DNA of 63,328 nucleotides, counting the filler, from Pirum gemmata (Eukaryota): the NCBI GenBank assembly GCA_002812295.1. It is 24 parts of 24 records of this genome, joined end to end, with 100 filler letters (N's around TTAATTAATTAA, not from the genome) between each part and the next. Parts side by side here need not be neighbours in the genome. Positions count along the whole stretch, not along the records: positions 39,137 to 41,307 come from PDIN01007851.1; positions 41,408 to 45,415 come from PDIN01007852.1; positions 45,516 to 48,601 come from PDIN01007853.1; positions 48,702 to 50,865 come from PDIN01007854.1; positions 50,966 to 53,119 come from PDIN01007855.1; 19 more parts are not named here. One strand, written 5' to 3'. The notes under the pieces are model-generated. The model was not told where the DNA came from, made no database searches, and saw only the letters and a list, made by a program, of their open reading frames with translations. Shown one piece after another: positions 39,880 to 52,882 of the stretch. The position numbers and the translations under genes are program-made. Positions within the stretch are counted from its first letter, which is position 1. The number at the start of each line of letters is the position of its first letter.

Positions 39880-40866
39880 TCTAGTATAAGGTTAAGGGTT
39901 AAGGGTTAAGGATTCAGGGTTAAGGATTCAGGGTTAATTAAGGATTCAGGATTAAGGATTCAGGGTTAAGGATTCAGGGTTAAGGATTCAGGGTTGAGGG
40001 TTGAGGGTTAAGGTTAAGGTTTAAGAGTTAAGGGTTAAGAGTTAAGGGTTAAGAGTTAAGGGTTAAGGGTTAAGAATTAAGAATTAAGAAGGGTTAAGGA
40101 TTAAGGATTAAGGATTAAGGATTAAGGATTAAGGGTTAAAGGGTTATGGGTTAAGGGTTAAGGGTTAAAGGGTTTTAAGAGTTAAGGGCTAAGGGTTAAG
40201 GGTTAGGGGTTAAGGGTTAAAGATTAAGGGCTAAGGGTTAAGGTTGAAAACTAAATAATAATAATAAAATAATTTTCGCTATCCCTAACCCTAACTAACC
40301 CCCACTTTTTTCTTTATCCTTTTTTGTACACTTTGTATTGTACACTTTTCTTTTTGCCACATTCGAATGCCTTATTTAGAAAAGGAAAACACTATACCGG
40401 TATATGCCTAGCATAATAATACATACCAGTATATTTAATTTTATAATTATTTTTATAATTTTAGGGTTCGGGGTTAGGGACCTTAGGTTTAGGGGTTAGG
40501 GTTAGGGGTTAAGGGTTAGGGGTTAGGGTTAGAGTTAGGGGTTAGGGGTAGGGTTAGGGGTTAGGGGTAGGGGTAGGGTTAGAGGTTAGGGTTAGAGGTT
40601 AGGGTTAGGGGTTAGGTTTAGTTAGGAGTTAAGGTTAAGGGGTAGGGTTAGGGTTAGGGGTTAGGGTTAGGGGTTAGGGTTAGAGGTTAGGGTTAGAGGC
40701 TAGGGTTAGGGGTTAGGTTTAGTTAGGAGTTAAGGTTCGGGGGGTTAGGGGTTAGGGGTTAAGGTTAGGGGTTAGGGTTAGGGATTAGCTATAGGGTTAG
40801 GGGTTAGGGTTAGTTAGGGGTTAAAGTTAGGGGGGTTAGGGGGTTAGGGTTAGGGTTAGGGTTAGA
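39880..40866. repeat. Telomere-variant arrays (TTAAGGG, TTAGGGG, TTAGGG, GGATTCAGGGTTAA)
   Basis: Seen directly; two arrays separated by a short unique stretch. Confidence 0.9.
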
Positions 40867-41498
40867 GGAGAACGAGAACGTAGATTTAGACTGGAACGAG
40901 AACGAGAAGGCTCTTTACTTATTAATTTTAAAACGAATTTTTTCGTAATTCTCTCTATTTTTTAACATTATTTATTTTAACAAATAAAAATTAACATTAA
41001 CAATATTTTATAGATTAAATGCCATTTTATAATAAACCAAACCAAAAAGGCCAATAGAATATTTTTAAAAATGAATTGAATATTTCCGATACGTAATGCA
41101 TAATAGTTTAAGAAATCGTTAAAAGCATGTTGATCGACGGTTTTTAAGAAATAATTTATTATTGTGGGAAATATTTTATCTTTATCCGAATCATTAATGC
41201 GGTTACCACTGTTTGATTCATTATACGTTCAAAAAACGCTAAGACAGCGATAAAATAATCAAGTTTATTGTCGGTAAGTTGTCTTTAAATTTATTATTAT
41301 TACTATTNNNNNNNNNNNNNNNNNNNNNNNNNNNNNNNNNNNNNNNNNNNNTTAATTAATTAANNNNNNNNNNNNNNNNNNNNNNNNNNNNNNNNNNNNN
41401 NNNNNNNAACGCTAACGCTAACGCTAACGCTAACGCTAACGCTAACACTAACACTACCGCTAACGCTTACGCTAACCCTAACGTTAACCATATTTAAG

Positions 41499-41752
41499 CT
41501 CGACTAATAGGTTAATCGTTTTGTTCGAGGAATACCGATTCGAGCGCCACGAAGACTCGGTTATGATGTGGATTGATTATAAAATTAAACGGTTACACCC
41601 AGCCAATAGTAATTGGATTGAGGATGTCGACCACGCTCTTAAATTATATTTTTCGAGCGAACAACGCCCAACTATTAAAATTAAAATTTTAGGAATACTA
41701 AAAGAATTACTACCTGTTTATGAATCGACTGAAGATTGGAGAATTAAAGATG
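41499..41752 (+). CDS. TSC2: TSC2/tuberin N-terminal region, exon C
   Basis: STNRLIVLFE..RHEDSVMMWIDYKIKRLHPANSNWIEDV..YFSSEQRPTIKIKIL parallels recalled human [45 protein letters not shown]/GT boundaries present. Confidence 0.85.
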
Positions 41753-43470
41753 GTACCCCAACCCCAACCCTATACCTAACCCTATACCTAACCCCATCCC
41801 TATAACCCTATACCTAACCTCAACCCTATGCCCAACCCCAACCCTATACCTAACCCCAACCTTATACCTAACCCCAACCGTATACCTAACCCCAACCGTA
41901 TACCTAACCCCAACCGTATACCTAACCCCAGCCGTATACCTAACCCCAACCCTATACCTAACCCCAACCCTATACCTAACCCCAACCCTATACCTAACCC
42001 CAACCCTATACCTAACCCCAACCCTATACCTAACCCCAACCCTATACCTAACCCCGACCCTATACCTAACTTCAACACTATACCCAACCCCAACCGTATA
42101 GCTAACCCCAACCGTATAGCTAACCCCAACCGTATACCTAACCCCAACCGTATACCTAACCCCAACCCTATACCTAACCCCAACCTAACCAACCCTATAC
42201 CTAACTCCAATCGTATACCTCATCCCAACCGTATACCTAATCCCAACTGTATACCTAATCCCAACCGTATACCTAACCCCACCGTCCTACCACAACTGTA
42301 TACCTAACCCCAACTGTATACCTAACCCCAACCCTAACTATACCTAACCCCATACTTAACCCCAACCCTGTACCTAACCCCAACCCTATAACCCTATACC
42401 TAACCCCAATCCTATAACCCTATAGGGTTGGGGTTAGGTATAAGGTTGGGGTTAGGTATAGGGTTGGGTTAGGTATAGGGTTGGGTTAGGTATAGGGTTA
42501 TAGGGTTGGGGTTAGGTATGGGGTTGGGGTTAGGTATAGGGTTGGGATTAGGTATAAGGTTGGGGTTAGGTATGGGGTTGGGGTTAGGTATAGGGTTGGG
42601 GTTAGGTATAGGGTTGGGGTTAGGTACAGGGTTGGGGTTAGGTATAGGGTTGGGGTTAGATATAAGGTTGGGGTTAGGTATACGGTTGGGTTAGGTATGC
42701 GGTTGGGGTTAGGTATACGGTTGGGGTTAGGTATAGGGTTGGGTGTGGGTATAGGGTTGGGTGTGGGTATAGGGTTGGGGTTGGGGTTAGGTTACCTAAA
42801 CCTATACCTAACCTCAACCCTATACCCAACCTTAACCCAATACCCAACTCCAAGCCTATACCCCTATACCTAACCTCAACCCTATACCTAACCTCAACCC
42901 TATATACCTAACCTCAACCCTATACCTAACCTTAACCCTGTGCCCAAACCCAGCCGTATACCTAACCCCAACCCTATACCTAGCCCAACCCTATACCTAA
43001 CCCCAACCCTATACCTAACCCCAACCCTATACCTAACCCGACCCCATACTTAACCCCGACCCTATGCCTGACCCCAACTCTATAACCCTATACCTCTATA
43101 CCTAACCTCAACTCTATACCCAATCCCAACCCTATACCCAAACTCAACCCTATACCTAACCCCAACCCTAACCCTATACCTAACCCCAACCCTAACGCTA
43201 TACCTAACCCCAACCCTAACGCTATACCTAACCCCAACCCTAACCCAATCCCGACCCTATATCTAACCCCGACCCTATACCTAACCCCAACCCTATACCA
43301 ACCCCAACCCTATACCTAACCCCAACCCTATACCTAACCCCAACCCTATACCTAACCCCAACCCCATACCTAACTCCTACACTATACCCAACCCCAACCG
43401 TATACCTAACTCCAACCCTATACCTAACCCCAACCCTATACCTAACCCCAACCCTATACCTAACCCCAAC
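41753..43470. repeat. Intronic 18-bp telomere-derived minisatellite (CCTAACCCCAACCCTATA)n with an inverted central block
   Basis: Seen directly; orientation flips near 42423 and 42793. Confidence 0.9.
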
Positions 43471-43656
43471 NNNNNNNNNNNNNNNNNNNNNNNNNNNNNN
43501 NNNNNNNNNNNNNNNNNNNNNNNNNNNNNNNNNNNNNNNNNNNNNNCCAGCACCACCAGCACCACCAACAGCAACAACAACAACAAAATTAATTAATAAT
43601 ACTAATAATTTAGTTAATACTACCCTAACCCTAACCCTAACCCTACTTTTTTGTAG

Positions 43657-43774
43657 ATTATTTTATCACTATGTCGTTTGACTCGCACTTACTGGTCTGA
43701 ATTAACAGTTGTAGAATGGGATGCTATAATTGATATTTTACTTTATTTACAGCATTATATGGACTTTCCTAATG

Positions 43775-43812
<38 letters not shown>

Positions 43813-43920
43813 AGCAAATGGAATGAGAATTTTCGTTATCATGATCATGATCATCGTCATCATCATCATCATCATCATCATCGTCATCATCATCATCATC
43901 ATCACAATCACATTATCATT

Positions 43921-43954
<34 letters not shown>

Positions 43955-44241
43955 CCACAACCACATTATTGTCATCATCATTAACGCCACAACCACATTG
44001 TCATCATTTTCATTATTATCATCATTATTATTACAGTAAATGGAATGGGAGTTCGTCATTATCATTATCATTATCGTTATCACCATAAGCATAATCGTCT
44101 TCATCGTTTTCACCATACTCATCATTATCATCATTATCATTATCATTATCATTATCATTTTTTCATTATCACAGTATTATTATTATTATTATCATTATTA
44201 TTCCAGCAAATGGAATGAGAGTTCGTCATCATAATCATCAT

Positions 44242-44273
<32 letters not shown>

Positions 44274-44290
44274 TCACCATCATTATCATT

Positions 44291-44322
<32 letters not shown>

Positions 44323-44354
44323 TATCATTATCATTATCATTATCGTTATCACCT

Positions 44355-44385
<31 letters not shown>

Positions 44386-44436
44386 AGTCATTATTATCAT
44401 CATTATCCTCATCTTCATTACATCATCATCATCAAT

Positions 44437-44498
<62 letters not shown>

Positions 44499-44600
44499 TA
44501 TAGCAAATGGAATGAGAGTTCGTGATAGCTCCTTCGGGCAACAATTGAATAGTCTGTTAGATACTCTAGAGAGATTGCATATTTACCAAAAATACAATGG
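43657..44600 (+). CDS. TSC2: TSC2/tuberin exons A (43657-43774) and B (44504-44600)
   Basis: IILSLCRLTRTYWSELTVVEWDAIIDIL / ..QLNSLLDTLERL..YNG parallels recalled [39 protein letters not shown]..FHG. Phases 1 and 2 join A-B-C correctly. Confidence 0.85.
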
Positions 44601-46713
44601 GTAAAAATAAAATAAACAAACAACAAAGAAACAAAGAAACAAAGAAACAAAGAAACAAAGAAACAACCACCAATTACTAACCACCACCAACATACAGCGA
44701 CTAATAAACAAACAAGCCAAACCAACAAAACAAAAGCATTAGTTCAATAAAACACCACTGTCATCACACAAAACAAACAAACAAACAAACAAACAAACAA
44801 AAATCAACTAACCAACCGACCAACCAACAGCAGCAACAGCAACAGCAATATACATATATTTATATTTGAGTTCGACTAAGAGTTTGATCCTAACCATAGC
44901 CGTAACCATAATCATAACCGTAACCGTAACCGTAACCGTAACCGTAACCGTAACCGTAACCGTAACCGTAACCGTAACCGTAACCGTAACCGTAACCGTA
45001 ACCGTAACCGTAACCGTAACTCTTAACCCTAACCCTAACCCTAACCCTAACCCTACTATTTAAGCTTGACTAATAGGTTGATCATTTTGTTCGAGGAATA
45101 TCGATTCGAGCGTCACGAAGACTCCCTAACCCCCACCCTAACCCTAACCCTATTTAAGCTTGACTCTAACCCTATTTAAGCTTGACTCTAACCCTAACCC
45201 TATTACACTATTTAAGCTTAACTCTAACCCCAACCCCAACCCTAACCCTATTTAACCATAATCCTAATCGTTACCCCAACCCTAACCCTAACCCTAACCC
45301 TAATCCGAACCCTAATCCTAACCCTAACCCTAACCCTAATCCTAATCATAACCCTAATCCTAATCCTAATCCTAATCCTAATCCTAACCGTAACCGTAAC
45401 CGTAACCGTAACCGTNNNNNNNNNNNNNNNNNNNNNNNNNNNNNNNNNNNNNNNNNNNNTTAATTAATTAANNNNNNNNNNNNNNNNNNNNNNNNNNNNN
45501 NNNNNNNNNNNNNNNAATTTGAATTACCTTTTTAGTGTGTCTTTTGATTGAGTGTCTTTTAGCACTCAAAAAGGTTCAAATAGGTTACAAACTGTCCAAT
45601 AGACCGTGTCCTATTTGTAACCACATGTTATAGATAATTTACTTATTAGATTATGATATATCATAATATATTATATAATATTATCATGATATATATAATT
45701 ACATATTGACTAGGGTCAGAGTAGCTAGTTTTTAAAGTTAATAGGTATTAAATTTCCATAATTTCAACCATTGTTTCAATCATTGTTTCAATCATTGTTT
45801 TTTAATCGTTTTCATCGTTTCATACAGTCATAGTAATACTGAATGCTATGCATATTAGTGCTGGATACGATACATTTTTTTGAATAAAAAAAATAAAAAA
45901 ATAAAATAAAAATGTACACTTATGTACTATAATTGTAATATTATAATTATAATCAGTATAATAATATATATAATCCAATATTAATTATTATAAAAGTATT
46001 ATAATATTTTTAAAATCTATTATTTATAAAATAAATTTTAGACATCAATAGTATAATATTATCATATATATATAGCTCAATAATAATGTTTATGATAATC
46101 TAGATAGGACTAATAATACAAAGCAAGATAGAGAGTTTAATACCAGAGTCTATCGTGTTTTTCAATAGTATCATATCTGATAACTGTTTTTGTCCAGTAA
46201 GGGAGCGTTCAAATACTACGTAACGCCAATTTCCGGTCATATACAGCTTCAAATACTCCTACCTACCTACCCCTCGACGTTAATTTCCAGTCAAATACCA
46301 CCTACCTACCTACCCCTTGACGTGACGTATTATTTGAAGTCTTTGGTTCAGTTCAAATAATTACAACTATGATAGCTAGCTAGCTAGTATAGTAGTATAG
46401 ACTACAGTCTAGCTAGTCTAGCTAGGTACTAGAGCTGTCATCCCGATACTTTTTCCTCTTTTTCCTATACTTTTTCGTGCTTTAAAATATACAATAAAGA
46501 GTACCAAATCAATACAATAAAAATACATTTCTTTTAATTTGATACACATTATTAACTATTTATTCATTTAAAAATGACAATTTAAATAATATTATAACCA
46601 ACCCAATAAGTATTCTGAGTAACAATACCAGTATAATAAATGCTCTGAGGGTAGACTATGATCTGACTATCATAGTCTACAGTGTCCGACTCTACACTCT
46701 ACAACCCTCGTAA

Positions 46714-46986
46714 GGGAGCGTTCAATAATTACGTAACGCTGGGGGGTTGGTAAGGGGGGTCGGATTTTTGTGACAGGCCGTGACACAGTAGGGGGGGTAG
46801 GTTTTCGTAATATGACATAACGCAATATATATATATAACATGAGGGGTAATTTAGGGTACTATTTTTCAAAATCGTTACGTCATAAGGGGTAGGTAGTCC
46901 TTCTCAAACGTAACAGGCCGTTACACGGGGGGTAGTAGGGTAGGTTTTCGTCCCAAATCGGCGTTACGTAATTATTGAACGATCCC
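46714..46986. mobile_element. Complete PIF/Harbinger (Tourist-like) MITE, 273 bp
   Basis: 26-bp TIR GGGA(G/T)CGTTCAATAATTACGTAACGC with one mismatch; TAA target duplication at 46711-46713 and 46987-46989. Relatives at 9845-9960, 24158-24305 and 46201-46338. Confidence 0.9.
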
Positions 46987-47840
46987 TAACAATATAAATG
47001 AAAAGCACAATAGACTAATTCTCTCTAGTCTAGGCTGTCTAGCAGCCTTCTAGCTAGCTAGCCAGCTCTTATTCTTATCATAATATTATGATACTATAAT
47101 AATATCTGATAGACGGTGACATAGTCACATGACTCACATAGACCTGTATCATAATAATATTATATTTATGATATTATATATCATATTATTTTTTTAAATG
47201 ATCCCATTCATATAGGATTATTATACAGGAGATCTTGGTGTCAAGTTGGTGACTCTCAAGAATGGTGAGTTCTTGGAGAGCACTTTTTTGTGGTTTTTTT
47301 TAAAATTTTGCAATTTTTGGGCCTGCTTAAATTGAGGGACCAGAAATTCAATAATTGGTTCCAAATTAAACTCCCAATAATATCGACTCCTCTAATAACA
47401 CTCCCTAACCCGAAAACGAACCCTAAACCTAACCTAACCCTGAGGTCCCCAACCCTAACCCTCATCATAGTACAAATATATCAGATAAATATATTTATTA
47501 TGTAGACTAATATGTTATAATAAACTTAACAAAAGTAACAAAATACTAACAATGTCATATTATGGAATTTTATTATTTGTGTACGTATGTAAAATAGTAA
47601 TAATGAATAATAATAAAAATAATAATATTAATAATAATGTTCCCATTAACTGAATATCAAATCTACTACAGATTCTCCCCCACCAATAATTCCAGAATTA
47701 ACTGAAACTAAAGGGTCATATAAAAACTTANNNNNNNNNNNNNNNNNNNNNNNNNNNNNNNNNNNNNNAATAATAATAACAATAACAATAACAATAACAA
47801 TAACAATAACAATAACAACAACAATAACAATAATAATAAC

Positions 47841-47893
<53 letters not shown>

Positions 47894-48703
47894 CAGAACC
47901 TAAAAAACAGTAACAGCTAAATTTCCTTTTTTGTGACCCTCCTTTTTTTTTTTGGTAATTTGAATTCAAAATTGGTAATTTGAATTCAAATTTGGTAATA
48001 TAAAATATTATAGAGACTTAAGTATAGGGCTAGCACGGGTGACGTCATAATAATATTTTTTATTTTTTTTTATTTTTTTGCCAACATCGATTCAGGATTG
48101 GAGGAAAAAGAGAATTTTCCTCTCAAAATTAAAATTACTAATTATTGGAAGACTAAAAGTAGTTATGGCGTTTATTGATTACTTTCATACATGGAGGTAC
48201 GGGCAAAAACCATCGAATCGAGATTAGTTCGAAACTTTGGAATTTTTTCGATCTAATTTTGAAGTATTGAACTTTTGATTTCATTATAAAATTCTTAAAA
48301 AATTCTTAAAAATTCTTAGAAATTTCAAGAAAAACTTGAAACTCGAAAAAAAAAAGAATAATATTTCAAAATTGTCACTATTTAATCCTTAGGATCAAGC
48401 TGTTTGATTCGATTATATTTTCCCCCATCTCCTATCCAAAAATGGTAATATTATATATGAGAATATACGAGAGCGGGGTTTACTTTTCCTCTACCTGAAG
48501 CGAGGCAATAACAATAACAATAACAATAACAATAACAATAACAATAATAATAACAATAATAATAACAATAACAATAACAATAACAACAACAACAACAACA
48601 ANNNNNNNNNNNNNNNNNNNNNNNNNNNNNNNNNNNNNNNNNNNNTTAATTAATTAANNNNNNNNNNNNNNNNNNNNNNNNNNNNNNNNNNNNNNNNNNN
48701 NTT

Positions 48704-48734
<31 letters not shown>

Positions 48735-48735
48735 T

Positions 48736-48952
48736 TGAACATGGAATTTAATCTAGAGGGGTATTTTTGCCAACGAAGGCATCTAGATTGATATTTTAAA
48801 CTCTTTAATCTACATCTGGATACACTTTTTTTTTTGAGCAAAATAAAGGATCAGAAAAAATATCGATTCAAACGATGGTTTTAAAGTCTAAAAATACCAA
48901 TCTAGAAGTCTTAGTTGACAAAAATACCCTTCTAGATTCAATTCCATCTTCA
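48736..48952. mobile_element. Fold-back MITE with long (about 60 bp) imperfect TIRs
   Basis: TGAACATGGAATTTAATCTAGAGGGGTATTTTTGCCAAC versus GTTGACAAAAATACCCTTCTAGATTCAATTCCATCTTCA; flanked by TAT on both sides. Confidence 0.75.
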
Positions 48953-49701
48953 TATGTTTCCATATTCAGATTTTTTACTGGTATAAACCTAACCCTAATA
49001 ATTATAACCCCAACCCTAACCCATTTATTGTAAACATGATTGAAACACTTCCTTATAGCTTACACTTTTACCTTCAATAACCGCCTGAAACGATATAGAA
49101 TGCATCAACCCTAACCTTAACCCTAACCCCTAACCCTAACCCTAACCCTAACCCCAATCCCAACCCTAACCCTAACCCTAACCTTAACTTCCCTACAGCT
49201 TACACTTTCACCTTCAATAACCACTCCTACCATAGTACTATTTTTAGTACTACTATTAATATACTACTACTACTATAACTATATAATAATTATTATATTG
49301 TTAATATTAATATTACTGCTACTACTACTACTACCACTTAATAAGCTTCTTCTTTTTCTACCAATTACATGTATTAATACAGATCTTATATATAACTGTA
49401 ACAGCTATTATATAGATAGGATAGGGTTAAGGTAAGAGACTGTGAGGGTGAGGGTTAGGGGTTGGGCTTAGATTTAGCGTTAGAGTTAGAGTTAGAATTA
49501 GGGTTAGCTAGAGTTAGGATTAGGGTTAGGATTTGGGTTTAGGTTAGGGTTTAGGTGAAAGTTAGGGTTGGGTTAGGGTTAAGGTGAAGGTTAGGGTTAG
49601 CTTTGGAGTTAGGATTAGGGTTAGGGTTAATTGTAGGGTTAGGGTTAGGGTTAGGGTTAGGGTTAGGGTTAGGGTTAGGGTTATGGTTCGGGTTAGGGTT
49701 A

Positions 49702-49820
49702 GGACCATTTTTCAACCCCCGACCGACATCGACCGACTTTTTTGAAGTAATTTTTTTTTTGACTTTTATTATTTGCCTTTGTAAATTATTTACTTTTTTT
49801 TTCAAATGAATAGAACTCAC

Positions 49821-49917
<97 letters not shown>

Positions 49918-50845
49918 AAAAAAAAAAAAAANATTTCTTGAATGCATAGACATTACAACAGTAGTAGAATCAATGCAGCTCTTGTTTCCAAGGCTAAGGA
50001 ATTTCTTGAATGCATAGACATTACAACAGTAGTAGAATCAATGCAGCTCTTGTTTCTAAGGCTAAGGAATTTCTTGAATGCATAGACATTACAACAGTAG
50101 TAGAATCAATGCAGCTCTTGTTTCCAAGGCTAAGGAACTCTAATAATAATAATTTAGAATTAACTAACCCTAACCCTAACCCTAACTCTAACCCTAACCC
50201 TAACCCCTCTCAACTGGTGCACCAGAGGCTGGATTCACTACGACTGGCTGTAGCCGCTGTACTTTGTGTACTAATATTGGCAGAGGTGGTAGTATTAGAG
50301 TTAGCAAAAAAATGGCTCACTAGTACTGATCTTTGAAATTGACGGTTGACAATTCGTGTAGTGGTAGTAGTAGTGACCGTAGTAGTAGTATTAAAACACT
50401 AGTAGGAGTAGGGGTAGGGGTAGTAGCACTATTGGAAACTGCTGTAATAGTAGAGCTATAGTAGTTGTTGTTGTAGGTGTAGTAATGGTGGTACTTGTAG
50501 TAGTGCCAGTAGTTAGGGTTAGGGTTAGGGTTAGGGTTAGGGTTAGGGTTAGGGTAGGGTTAGGGTTGTAGGTGTAGTAATGGCGGTACTTGTAGTAGTG
50601 CCAGTAGTAATAGTATTAGTAGTACTGGTTCTAGTACTAGTGCTAGTACTAGCCCCATCTTCAATGATTTCTAAAAAATACAAAACCTTCCATACCGAAG
50701 ATGAAAATTTAGCTTTTTTACTTATTAATACCACTTTATCTTCCTTGGTACGATTATTCAGTAAAGTTATCTATTCTTTCAAATTCTGGTTATTAAGATT
50801 CACTGTGTTAAATGTTTTACTTAATTAAAAACTCATTTTGAATTT
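49702..50845 (-). mobile_element. Second, more deleted copy of the 27.4-kb hAT element, interrupted by telomeric tracts
   Basis: Shares KKAKFSSSVWKV..EIIEDGASTS, PASGAP and the AAAAAAGTCGGTCGATGTCGG subterminus. Contains three tandem copies of an approximately 68-bp unit at 49933-50138. Confidence 0.85.
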
Positions 50846-52882
50846 ATTTGAAATAATAATAATAANNNNNNNNNNNNNNNNNNNNNNNNNNNNNNNNNNN
50901 NNNNNNNNNTTAATTAATTAANNNNNNNNNNNNNNNNNNNNNNNNNNNNNNNNNNNNNNNNNNNNCTAACCCTAACCCTAACCCCAACCCTGACCCTAAC
51001 CCTAACCCTAACCCTAACCCAACAAATTAATAACCAGAAACCAATAATCAATAACCAATTATAAATAACCAATTATAAATAACCAATTATAAATAACCAA
51101 TTATAAATAACCAATTATAAGTAACCAATTATAAATAACCAATAACCAGTATAAATATAAATAAATCGAAAGCTTGAGGTTTTCTAAAAATACTGTAGCA
51201 ACAAAATTCAAAACACATTATGATTTTTCTGCTACTAAACAACAGTTCTATATAGCTAAGTATAAACATTTAATTAATCAAAACGCATATTTTGTAATAA
51301 GAAAGATTTAGAAAAAATAAGTAAATTAATAAATAAATCAATTTAGAAAAAATAAGTAAATTAATAAATAAATCAATAACACTCCTAACACTCCTACCAA
51401 TTTAATTTAATAATCAGACACCAATATAAATATAAATACCAATAACCAATAACCAATAACCAATAACCAATAACCAATAACCAATAAGAAACCAACAATC
51501 AGTAATCAATAATCAATAATCAATATAAATATAAATAAACCAATAGCACTGCTACCAAATCAGAAACCAATAATCAGTAACAAATAATCAATAACCAATA
51601 ACCAATAACCAATAACCAATAACAATAAACAATAATCAATATAAGTACAAATGTCAAATTAATAATCAGAAACCAATAACCAATAACCAATAAACAATAA
51701 GAAACCAATAATCAATAATCAATTATCAACAACCTAAATATAAATAAACCAATAACCAATAAACAATTAAGAGTAAACAATAGCTAATAACCAATAACCA
51801 ATAACCAGTAACAATAACCAATAACCAATAATCAATAACTAATAATTAATAATTAATAACCAATATAAATATAAATAAACCAATAACAATTAAGTAGGAA
51901 AAAGTTGATAAAAATGGTGTTAGTTCCTATGTAAATCATTTTTTTAAGAGTACTCAACAACCTAATTAAAAATATACAAACATCGCCATCTACTCCAGCC
52001 TCTTCGTCTACTATAACCACATTCCAATAACCAATAACCAAATAAATACAAATAAACCAATAAAAAATAAACAATAAATAATAAATAATAACCATTAACC
52101 AATAGCCAATAACCAATAACCAATAACCAATAACCAATAAATAATAACCAATAGCCAATAGCCAATAACCAATCATCAATAATTAATAGCCAATATAAAT
52201 ATAAATAAATCAATAACAATTAGGGAGGAAAAAGTTGATAAAAATGGTGTTAGTTACTATGTAAATCATTTTACTAAAAGTACTCAATGGGAAAGGCCGA
52301 ATCAAAATATGCAAATATCGTCAACAATAAACAGTAAACAATATTAATAACCAATAACCAATAACAAATAACAAATAACCAATAACCAATAACCAATAGT
52401 CAATAGTCAATAAGCAATAATTAGTAACCAATATAAATATAAATAAACCAATAACAGTTAGGGAGGAAAAAGTTGATAAAAATGGTGTTAGTTACTATCT
52501 AAATCATTTTTCTAAAAGTACTCAACAACGGAATTAAAAATATACAAACATCGTGATCTACTCCAGCCTCTATAACCACTAAAGCTAATATTCCAATAAC
52601 CAATAACCAATAACCAATAACCAATAACCAATAACCAATAACCAATAAATACCAATAACCAATAAGAAACTAATAATCAATAATATATTATAAATAGCCA
52701 ATAACCAATAACCAATATAAATATAAATGAACCAATAAATAATAAATAATAAAAATTAACCAATAACCAATAACCAATAACCAATAATATATACATTAAC
52801 CAATAACCAATAACCAATAACCAATAATCAATACCCAATAATTAATAACCAATATAAATATAAATAATTCAATAACAATTAG

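Noticed and set aside
41800..42694. PNPNPI and LGLGIG repeat ORFs
   Set aside because: Translations of the 18-bp intronic minisatellite.
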